Below, piece after piece: positions 46,690 through 56,144 of a stretch of 64,000 nucleotides of DNA. Positions within the stretch are counted from its first letter, which is position 1. Each line of letters begins with the position of its first letter. The position numbers and the translations under genes were made by a program. The notes beneath the pieces are model-generated. The model saw only the letters and a program-made list of their open reading frames with translations. It had not been told where the DNA came from and made no database searches. Source of the DNA: Candidatus Latescibacterota bacterium (GTDB lineage: Bacteria > Latescibacterota > UBA2968 > UBA8231); the NCBI GenBank assembly GCA_965221775.1, contig CBDCSU010000006.1, positions 256,001 through 320,000 on the forward strand, given 5' to 3'.

Positions 46690-47963
46690 TTCTCCACCTG
46701 TGCCGGCTGGCGTGGAACCGGCGGCGAACCAACCTGTTGCTCGTCGGCGAGCTGACCCTGGTCTTCGTGATCGTCGCCTTCATGGGCGTCGGCTGGGTGT
46801 TGTTCGCCGTCGAGAACCTGGAGCCGCTGGGCTTCGACTACGAGGATGTGTGGTCGGTCAACCTGGCGAGGCACGAATACCTTCGGATACAGGATCCAGG
46901 CGAGGAGCAGGAGTCCGACTTCGGGCGCACCGTCGCCATGGTCCGGCGGGAGATGGAGGCTCTCGGCGCCGTCGAGTCGGTAGCGATTGCCAACCAGTCA
47001 CCATTCGTGGGCCTGGCCGAGTGGAACGGGATTCTCGCGGTCTCCATCTCGAGAGAGGGCTTGGAAACGCTGGGACTGCGGTTGGAGAGCGGGCGCTGGT
47101 TCGAGCCGGAAGACGAGGCGCTCTCGGGTGACCGAAGTCCCGTCATCCTGGACCGCCGGCTCAGCCGTGCGCTATTCGGCGACCAGGACCCGGTGGGCAA
47201 GATCATCGACCCAGATGAGGCGATAGAGAAGCACGGACTGGAGGGATATACGACCACAAACATGCCGCATCTGCCGTTCTTCAAGCTCCTCGTGGTAGGT
47301 GTCGTGGAAGACTGCCTCTATTACGGGAAGTACGGGTCCTCACGGAGCACGTTACCGGGCACGCTCTTTCTCTTCCTTCCCCACACGGGGATCAACACGT
47401 TTGAGTCGTACGGCGGGGTCCATCTCCTCCTGAGAAGCCCTTCGCGGAGGGGAGCGGACTTCGGTGAAGAACTCCGGAACAAGGTGCGCGCCGTCGTGCC
47501 GGCGGACCAGGCCCTGCGCTTCGACGTGCGCTCCCTGGCGGAGATGCATGACCGCAAGCAAGCCGGCCGGATCGAGAGTCTGAAGAACACCGCCCTGATC
47601 AGCAGCCTGCTGATGCTCATGGTGGCCCTGGGGCTGAGCGGCATACTGTGGCAGGCCGTGCGCCGCCGCACCCGGGAGATCGGGGTCCGCCGGGCCGTAG
47701 GGGCCGGCGGCGGCAACGTCTACTCCCTGTTCCTCGGCGAGCTGGCCGTGCTGGCCACGGCAGCCGTCGCCCTGGGCTGTGTGCCCATCCTCCATTTCGA
47801 TCTGCTGAGTCTGGTCCTTCGCAGCTGGATACCGATCCACATCGCCATGGGCGGTCTCGCCGCGGCTGCGCTGGTGCTCCATCTGCTGGTGCTGCTGTGC
47901 GGCCTGTATCCGAGCTGGCTGGCGGCGCGCGTCAAGCCGGCCGAGGCCCTGCACCATGAATGA
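46686..47963 (+). CDS. MacB/FtsX-family ABC permease, type B copy 1
   Basis: ATGA overlap. [50 protein letters not shown]. Confidence 0.93.
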   Translation: MILHLCRLAWNRRRTNLLLVGELTLVFVIVAFMGVGWVLFAVENLEPLGFDYEDVWSVNLARHEYLRIQDPGEEQESDFGRTVAMVRREMEALGAVESVAIANQSPFVGLAEWNGILAVSISREGLETLGLRLESGRWFEPEDEALSGDRSPVILDRRLSRALFGDQDPVGKIIDPDEAIEKHGLEGYTTTNMPHLPFFKLLVVGVVEDCLYYGKYGSSRSTLPGTLFLFLPHTGINTFESYGGVHLLLRSPSRRGADFGEELRNKVRAVVPADQALRFDVRSLAEMHDRKQAGRIESLKNTALISSLLMLMVALGLSGILWQAVRRRTREIGVRRAVGAGGGNVYSLFLGELAVLATAAVALGCVPILHFDLLSLVLRSWIPIHIAMGGLAAAALVLHLLVLLCGLYPSWLAARVKPAEALHHE

Positions 47964-47979
47964 AGAAAGGAGCAGTATC

Positions 47980-48474
47980 GTGAAACCGGCTCTGGCGATT
48001 CTTCTGCTTGGTCTTGTGGGTTTCCCCGGGTCCGTCCCCGTGCAAGGGGAAGCGCGGCTGGAACCACCCGGCGAGAGGCGGCACCTCGGATTCGTCCTGG
48101 CCCAGGGTCCGTCCGGAGAGCCGCAGCCCCTCCTGCCGGGGTACACGCGGGACCAGGGTGCCTTCGACGGCGAGATCGCCGCCGAGTTCAAGGGGACCCG
48201 GTGGTGGTGGCTGTCCGGCTACGTGTGCGGCTTCAGCATCGTCGGCCTGCTCTTCGTGGACGACGTCCTCGTTCCGAGGGACGCTTCCATATCGAGGAAG
48301 GAGTACGAGGACATCCGGGGGAAGGGAATCGAGTACGTCCAGGGTTACCGCGAAGCCTATGGGAGGCATGTCCGCAAGAAGAGAACGGCGAGACACAACC
48401 ATGGATCGTTCTGGGGATTCGTCACGGTGCTCGGCGTGTTCTCCGTGAAGACCACACTCGCGCTGATCGACTGA
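47980..48474 (+). CDS. Small exported/membrane hypothetical protein inside the permease array
   Basis: GTG 47980 after AAGGAG. Signal peptide, hydrophobic segment WWWLSGYVCGFSIVGLLF, YVQGYREAY, basic RKKR, C-terminal hydrophobic segment. Confidence 0.7.
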   Translation: MKPALAILLLGLVGFPGSVPVQGEARLEPPGERRHLGFVLAQGPSGEPQPLLPGYTRDQGAFDGEIAAEFKGTRWWWLSGYVCGFSIVGLLFVDDVLVPRDASISRKEYEDIRGKGIEYVQGYREAYGRHVRKKRTARHNHGSFWGFVTVLGVFSVKTTLALID

Positions 48475-48511
48475 CCATGTGCCCCGGCAACCCTATCCGC
48501 GCGAGGCGGCC

Positions 48512-49807
48512 ATGCTGAGGAACTACGTCAAGATCGCCCTCAAGGTGTTCTGGCGGCACAAGTTCCTCACCGCCGTCAACCTCTTCGGCATCTGCTTCAC
48601 CCTCGCGGCGCTCATGGTGGCGGCGGCCTTCATCGACCAGGAGGTGGGGCCGGTCCCGCCCGAAGTCCACGCCAACCGCACCCTGCATCTGGGCTGGCTC
48701 TTCGTGAAGTACTCCGACGAAGAGACCTTCAGTTCGACCCGGATACCCAGTTACGCATTCCTCGACCGCTATGCGCGTCGACTGAAGAGCGCGGAAAAGG
48801 TGACCCTGTTCTCGGAGGGGATGTCCAAGGCCGTGCACGGCGGGGCGGAGGAGCGGGGCGTGACCGTGAGACTGACCGATGGGGCCTTCTGGGAGGTCTT
48901 CCGCTTCGACTTCCTCCACGGCCGGCCCTACACGGCGGCGGAGATCGAGTCCGGCGACAGGGTCGCCGTGATCCGTGCCGAGTTCAGCCGCCGCCTCTTC
49001 GGCACCCAAGCCGCCGTGGGCAGAAGCGTCACCATCGACCGGAGGAGCTACCGGGTCGTGGGGGTGGTGGCCGACTACCTCTTCCGCAGGAGGACCTTGG
49101 CCGATGTGTGGGTGCCCGTAACCGCCGCTCCCCCCGAGAGCTGGCGTACCTACAAGCTCGGGGGGGACTTCAAGGCGGCGGTGCTGGCGCGCCGGCCGGG
49201 GGACATGCAGCGCATACGCGCGGAGTGGGCCGCCCTGGTGAGACAGGTGGAGCCGCCAGCCGACGAACGTCTCCCCTTCACCGGACTGTCGGCTCCGCTG
49301 CTCACGACATTGGAGGACTGGGCTCGCGAGAGTGAGGGGAACTGGACCTCGGCCTACGAGACAGCTCGAGGTACGGAAGAGGCGGAAGAGGCGGCCGCCG
49401 CCAAGCTCCGCTGGAGACTGCTTGCGGTGGGCGGCTACATGCTGCTCTTCATGATCCTGCCCGCGCTCCATCTGGTCAATCTCAGCATCGGCCGCATCGA
49501 GGAACGCACCTCCGAGATCGGCGTCCGCAAGTCCTTCGGCGCCTCCACTCACACCTTGGTGGGCCAGTTCGTCGCCGAGAACGTGCTGCTCACCCTGATG
49601 GGCGGGGCCCTCTGCCTGGCATGGTGCTGGGGCCTCGTCTTCATCCTGGGGGCGATCGGCATGCAGATGGATGCCGGGGTGCTGGCTCGCACCTTCCTCT
49701 ACGGCCTCCTGCTGGCCCTGGTCTTCGGGGTGCTCTCCGGGGCCTACCCGGCCTGGAGGATGGCACGCCTGCACCCCGTCCAGGCCCTGACCGGGAGAGA
49801 ATCATGA
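48512..49807 (+). CDS. MacB/FtsX-family ABC permease, type A copy 2
   Basis: [48 protein letters not shown]. Confidence 0.93.
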   Translation: MLRNYVKIALKVFWRHKFLTAVNLFGICFTLAALMVAAAFIDQEVGPVPPEVHANRTLHLGWLFVKYSDEETFSSTRIPSYAFLDRYARRLKSAEKVTLFSEGMSKAVHGGAEERGVTVRLTDGAFWEVFRFDFLHGRPYTAAEIESGDRVAVIRAEFSRRLFGTQAAVGRSVTIDRRSYRVVGVVADYLFRRRTLADVWVPVTAAPPESWRTYKLGGDFKAAVLARRPGDMQRIRAEWAALVRQVEPPADERLPFTGLSAPLLTTLEDWARESEGNWTSAYETARGTEEAEEAAAAKLRWRLLAVGGYMLLFMILPALHLVNLSIGRIEERTSEIGVRKSFGASTHTLVGQFVAENVLLTLMGGALCLAWCWGLVFILGAIGMQMDAGVLARTFLYGLLLALVFGVLSGAYPAWRMARLHPVQALTGRES

Positions 49808-51021
49808 TCGCCCACCTCTTCAGACTGGCATGGAACCGGCGGCGGACCCACGCGCTGCTCGTGGCCGAGCTGCTGCTTTCCTTCCTGGTCCTGGCCCCCA
49901 TGATCGCCGGCTGGGTCCTCTTCGCCGTGGAGGAGTCGAAGCCCCTCGGATTCCATTACGAGGACGTCTGGCACGCCAGGTTGAGCGCCCGCGATGGTTC
50001 TCTGGCCGGCGGCGAAGACCGGCGAAATGTCGAACTGGCGATGCAGGAACTGCGGGCCCTCGACCAGGTCGAGGGGGTGGCAGTGACCAGCCAGGCGCCA
50101 CTCCGCTTTCCCGCCCACTGGAGCAGGATCTACGCGACTCGGATCTCGGACGAAGGTTTGGATGTCCTGGGCCTTGGGCTCGTGAGCGGGCGCTGGTTCG
50201 CGCCCGAGGACGAAGCCCTCGACTGGACGCCGGCGGTCATCGACCAGGAGCTGAGCCGGGCCCTGTTCGGCGACGAAGACCCGTTGGGCCAGGCCCTCGG
50301 GGACTCACCGATGATGGATCTGCAGGGTGGGTACAGTCCCTCCGATCCCCACAGTGTCCGCGTCGTGGGGGTCGTGGAGAACTGCTTCTACTACAAGGAA
50401 CACAATACCGACGTCCCGGGCTTCCTCTTCCTGCGTTTCTCCGATGAGTGGCTGGCCGATCCGGGGCAGAGCTGGACCTCCCTCCTGGTGAAGACCTCTG
50501 CAGGGTCGGGACCTGCGGCCGGCGAGAGGATCCGATCACGCATCCAGGCGGTCGTCCCGGCGGACCAGGCCTGGTCCCTCGAGGTGGAGTCCCTGGCCGA
50601 GCGCAACGCGGATGATCGTCTGGACAGGCTGAGCAGCCTCTGGTTCCTGGCCCTCCTCAGCGGCCTGATGATGCTCATGGTGGGCCTCGGCCTGATCGGC
50701 GTCATGTGGCAGAACGTGCGCCGCCGCACCCGGGAGATCGGCATCCGCCGCGCCGTGGGGGCGCCCGCTGGCCGCATCTACGGGCAGTTTCTCGGCGAGC
50801 CGGCGGTGCTGGTCACCGCGGCCATCGTCCTGGGCTGCGTGCCGCTCTTCCAGCTCGGGCTGCTGGAGATGGTGCTGTGGAGCCGGGTGCCCGGCCCGGT
50901 GGCGGCCGCCGGCGCGGGGGCCACGGCCCTCGTGCTCTACCTGGCGGTGCTCGTGTGCGGACTCTATCCGAGCTGGCTGGCGGCGCGCGTCAGGCCGGCC
51001 GAGGCCCTGCACCACGACTGA
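49804..51021 (+). CDS. MacB/FtsX-family ABC permease, type B copy 2
   Basis: ATGA overlap. MIAHLFRLAWNRRR, RRTREIGIRRAVGA, YPSWLAARVRPAEALHHD. Confidence 0.93.
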   Translation: MIAHLFRLAWNRRRTHALLVAELLLSFLVLAPMIAGWVLFAVEESKPLGFHYEDVWHARLSARDGSLAGGEDRRNVELAMQELRALDQVEGVAVTSQAPLRFPAHWSRIYATRISDEGLDVLGLGLVSGRWFAPEDEALDWTPAVIDQELSRALFGDEDPLGQALGDSPMMDLQGGYSPSDPHSVRVVGVVENCFYYKEHNTDVPGFLFLRFSDEWLADPGQSWTSLLVKTSAGSGPAAGERIRSRIQAVVPADQAWSLEVESLAERNADDRLDRLSSLWFLALLSGLMMLMVGLGLIGVMWQNVRRRTREIGIRRAVGAPAGRIYGQFLGEPAVLVTAAIVLGCVPLFQLGLLEMVLWSRVPGPVAAAGAGATALVLYLAVLVCGLYPSWLAARVRPAEALHHD

Positions 51022-51041
51022 ACGAAACGCGGGAGGTCGTC

Positions 51042-52292
51042 ATGCTGAAGAACTACATGAAGATGGCCCTCAAGGTGCTGCTGCGGCGCAAGCTCTTCAC
51101 CTGCATCAGCCTCTTCACCATCAGCTTCACCCTCATGGTGCTGATGGTGGCGGCGTCCTTGTTCGACCACCTCTTCGGCTCTTTCCCCCCGGAGACGCGC
51201 TCGGACCGCACGCTGCTGCTGAGCTCCATGAAAGGGGAACACGCCGAGTCGACGGGCTATCGCCTCCAGGGGCCGAGCTACGCCTTCCTCGAGCGCTACG
51301 TCTACCCCCTGGCCCATGCGGAGAGGGTCGCCGTCTACAGTGCCACCGCCACGGCGACGACCTTCCGCGGGGGCGAGAAGATCGAGTCGCAGCTCAAGTG
51401 CACGGACGGGGCCTTCTGGGAGATCCTCGAGTTCGACTTCCTCGAGGGCCGCCCGTACTCGGAGCAGGAGGTGGAGGAGGGCCGCCGGGTGGCGGTGATC
51501 AACGAGGCGACGCGCCGCGTGTTCTTCGGCGAGGAGCAGGCCGTGGGCCGCTACATCGACCTCAAGGACCTCTCTTTCCGCGTCGTCGGGGTCGTGCCCG
51601 ACGTGCCGGCCTTCCGCCTCGTTCCCTTCGCCGACATCTGGGTGCCCCACAGCGCCTTCGAGTCGGATGCGTACCGGCGGTACGACTCGGTCTTCGGACA
51701 CTTCCAGGCGCTGATCCTGGCGCCGGGCGCGGCGGCGATCCCCCTCATCCAAGAGGAGTTCGCCGACGTGCTCACGCGCGTCGAGTACCCCAATCCCGGC
51801 GAGATCAACCGCCTGAGCGGCGGTCCGACGACGCTGCTGGACATGGTGGCGAACATCGTCTTCACCCTGGGCACGGTGACCGGCCGCGGGCTCATGGTGC
51901 TCGTCGTCGTTCTCGCCCTGCTCTTCATGCTGCTGCCGGTGGTCAGCCTGGTGAACATCAACACCACCCGCATCCTCGAGCGCGCCTCCGAGATCGGCGT
52001 GCGCAAGGCCTTCGGCGGCTCGTCGCTGACCCTGGTGGGGCAGTTCCTGGCGGAGAACGTCATCCTCACGCTCCTGGGCGGGGCCCTGGGACTGGCCCTC
52101 GCCTGGCTGGTCCTGCAGATGCTCGGCGCCGCCGCCATCGTGCAGTACGCCGAGTTCCAGTTGAACCACCGCATCTTCCTCTACGGGCTGACGATGACCC
52201 TGCTCTTCGGTCTCGTCTCCGGCGTCTGGCCGGCGTGGAAGATGTCGCGCCTCCATGTCGTCGACGCCTTCCGAAGGAGGAAGCAGCAATGA
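51042..52292 (+). CDS. MacB/FtsX-family ABC permease, type A copy 3
   Basis: [56 protein letters not shown]. Confidence 0.93.
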   Translation: MLKNYMKMALKVLLRRKLFTCISLFTISFTLMVLMVAASLFDHLFGSFPPETRSDRTLLLSSMKGEHAESTGYRLQGPSYAFLERYVYPLAHAERVAVYSATATATTFRGGEKIESQLKCTDGAFWEILEFDFLEGRPYSEQEVEEGRRVAVINEATRRVFFGEEQAVGRYIDLKDLSFRVVGVVPDVPAFRLVPFADIWVPHSAFESDAYRRYDSVFGHFQALILAPGAAAIPLIQEEFADVLTRVEYPNPGEINRLSGGPTTLLDMVANIVFTLGTVTGRGLMVLVVVLALLFMLLPVVSLVNINTTRILERASEIGVRKAFGGSSLTLVGQFLAENVILTLLGGALGLALAWLVLQMLGAAAIVQYAEFQLNHRIFLYGLTMTLLFGLVSGVWPAWKMSRLHVVDAFRRRKQQ

Positions 52293-53455
52293 TCCGCCAC
52301 CTGTGCAAGATCGTCTGGAACCGCAAGAGGGCGAACTCGCTGACGGCCCTGCAGATCTTCATCTCCTTCGTGCTGCTCTTCGTCACCCTCTCCCTCGCCC
52401 TGGACAAGGCCGGCAACTACCGGCGGCCCCTGGGGTACTCCTACGAGGACCGATGGGTCGTGGTCTTCCACCCGGACCGGATGATGGAGCCGGAGGGCGG
52501 GGCGGCCCCCGTCAGCCGCGAGCAGGTCTACCTGGCCCTGCGCGGGTTCGACTGGGTCGAGTCGGTCTCCCACGCGGAGTACATGTCCCTTCCCTTCGCC
52601 TTCGGTCTCCAGGCCCAGTTCATGGTCGACGGCCGCTTCGTCTCCAACGGCGCCGTCTCCGACGAGTTCCACCATACCCTCGGGCTCGAGGTGGTGAACG
52701 GAAGGTGGTTCGGCGAGGAGGACGCGGCCCTCGACTGGGAGCCGGTCGTCATCACCCGGCCCCTCGCCGAGGCCCTCTTCGGCGGCGAGGATCCCCTCGG
52801 CCGGCGGATCGAGGAGTGGCAGGGGTTCCACGGGCGGATCGTCGGGGTGGTCTCCGACTACCGCCGCAGCGGCGAGCTGGCCGATCCCGGTTTCTTCGTC
52901 TTCGAGCGCCTGGAGGCGGAGGCGAGGTCCCACTTCCTGGTCAGGGTGCGCCCCGGCACGCCCCTGGAGGCCCAGGAGCAGATCGACCGGCGACTGCGGG
53001 CGATGGCGCCGGGCCACGGCGTCGAGATCACCCCCCTGGCGGAGCACCGCGCCGCGGCCTTCAAGCTGACCCTGGTACCCCTCTTCGCCCTCGGCGTCGT
53101 CTCGGCCCTGGTCCTGGGCATGGTGGCCCTGTCGTTGAGCGGCGTCTTGTGGCAGCGGGCCATGCTGAGGGTCGAGGAGATCGGCCTGAGGAGGGCCCTG
53201 GGCGGGTCGGCGGTCGGTATCTTCGGGCAGCTGACGGGGGAGATATTGTTGGTGGCCAGCGTCGGCGTCCTCGCCGCCGTGGTGCTGATCGTGCAGCTGC
53301 CGCTGCTCGATCTGCTCGACTACGGCGCCGGCGTCTTCATCCTCAGCCTGGCTCTCGCGGCCCTGGTGGTCTACGGGCTCGTGGTCGTCTGCAGTCTCTA
53401 CCCGGGGCGCCTGGCCTGCCGCGTGCGGCCGGCCGAGGCCCTGCACTCCGAATGA
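52289..53455 (+). CDS. MacB/FtsX-family ABC permease, type B copy 3
   Basis: ATGA overlap. MIRHLCKIVWNRKRAN, RVEEIGLRRALG, YPGRLACRVRPAEALHSE. Confidence 0.93.
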   Translation: MIRHLCKIVWNRKRANSLTALQIFISFVLLFVTLSLALDKAGNYRRPLGYSYEDRWVVVFHPDRMMEPEGGAAPVSREQVYLALRGFDWVESVSHAEYMSLPFAFGLQAQFMVDGRFVSNGAVSDEFHHTLGLEVVNGRWFGEEDAALDWEPVVITRPLAEALFGGEDPLGRRIEEWQGFHGRIVGVVSDYRRSGELADPGFFVFERLEAEARSHFLVRVRPGTPLEAQEQIDRRLRAMAPGHGVEITPLAEHRAAAFKLTLVPLFALGVVSALVLGMVALSLSGVLWQRAMLRVEEIGLRRALGGSAVGIFGQLTGEILLVASVGVLAAVVLIVQLPLLDLLDYGAGVFILSLALAALVVYGLVVVCSLYPGRLACRVRPAEALHSE

Positions 53456-53466
53456 GAGGAAGAGCG

Positions 53467-54845
<1,379 letters not shown>

Positions 54846-54849
<4 letters not shown>

Positions 54850-56144
54850 GCCTGCGCCTCAAGCTCGTCCTCTACCTGCTCGGCATCCACCTCGTCTTCG
54901 CCGGGGCCTCCGGGTACCTGCTGATCGACGAGAAGCCCTGGCTGCTGGCCCTGGAGCTGTTCTTCCTGCTCTCCTTCCTCGCCGGCGCCCGCCTGGTCCA
55001 CCATCTGCGCGTGCCCCTCGACCTGATCGGCACCGGCGCCGAGCTGATCGGCGAGCGCGACTTCACCAGCAAGTTCATCGAGGTGGGCCAGCCGGAGATG
55101 GACCGCCTCGTGGGGGTCTACAACCGCATGATCGACCAGCTGCGAGAGGAGCGCACGCGGCTGGAGGAGCAGCACTACTTCATGGACAAGATCCTCGCCG
55201 CGTCGCCGTCGGGGATCGTCACCCTCGACTTCGACGGCCGCATCGCCCTGGCCAACCCCGCCGCCGAGCGCCTTCTGGGGCTGGCCGGGGACGAGGCTTC
55301 CGGCCGCGGGCTCGGCGAGCTGGGCACGGCCTTCGGCCGCTCCCTGGAGGATCTCGAGGTGGGCGGGTCCGAGGTGCTGCCCCTGCAGGGGCGGCGGGTG
55401 CGCTGCCGCAAGGCGCAGTTCCTCGACCAGGGATTCCCCCGCGGCTTCCTCCTCATGGAGGAGCTCACCGAGGAGCTGCGCCTCTCGGAGAAGGCGGCGT
55501 ACGAGAAGGTGATCCGGCTGCTGTCGCACGAGGTGAACAACTCCACGGGGGCGGTGAACTCGCTGCTCCACTCCTGCCTCCACTACAAGGACCAGCTGCG
55601 CGAGGACGACCGCGGCGACTTCGAGAACGCCCTGCGGGTGGCCAGCGGCCGCATCGACCACCTCAGCGCCTTCATGCGCAGCTACGCCGAGGTGGTGCGG
55701 CTGCCGGCGCCGCGCCCGCGGCCGGTCGACCTGGAGGCCCTGCTGCGCGGCATCGGTCTGCTCATGCGCGCCGAGTGCGAGGAGCGCGGGATCGAATGGG
55801 ACTGGGACGTGCAGGAGGCCCTGGCGCCCGTCGCCATGGACGAGGGCCAGATGGAGCAGGTCTTCGTCAACATCCTGAAGAACGCCGTGGAGGCGATCGG
55901 CGAGGACGGCCGCATCACCATCCGCCTGGGGGCCGGGGAGCGGCCCTTCGCCGCGATCGAGGACACGGGGCCGGGGATCGACCCGGAGGTGGCCGAGAGC
56001 CTCTTCACCCCCTTCTTCAGCACCAAGGAGAACCGCCGCGGCCTCGGCCTGACCCTGGTGCAGGAGATCCTGGGCCGCCACGGCTTCGCCTTCTCCCTGG
56101 AGAGCCCGGCGGGCGGGCCGACCCGGTTCGCCATCCGGTTCTGA
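54846..56144 (+). CDS. Sensor histidine kinase (2 TM with a tiny loop, HAMP, PAS, HisKA, HATPase)
   Basis: TTG overlapping the regulator stop. SHEVNN, NILKNAVEA, DTGPGI, FTPFFSTK, GLGL. Confidence 0.95.

Noticed and set aside
45406-53455. Diversity-generating retroelement acting on the permeases
   Set aside because: No reverse transcriptase or template repeat in the window. Differences include indels and all base types rather than adenine-specific changes.
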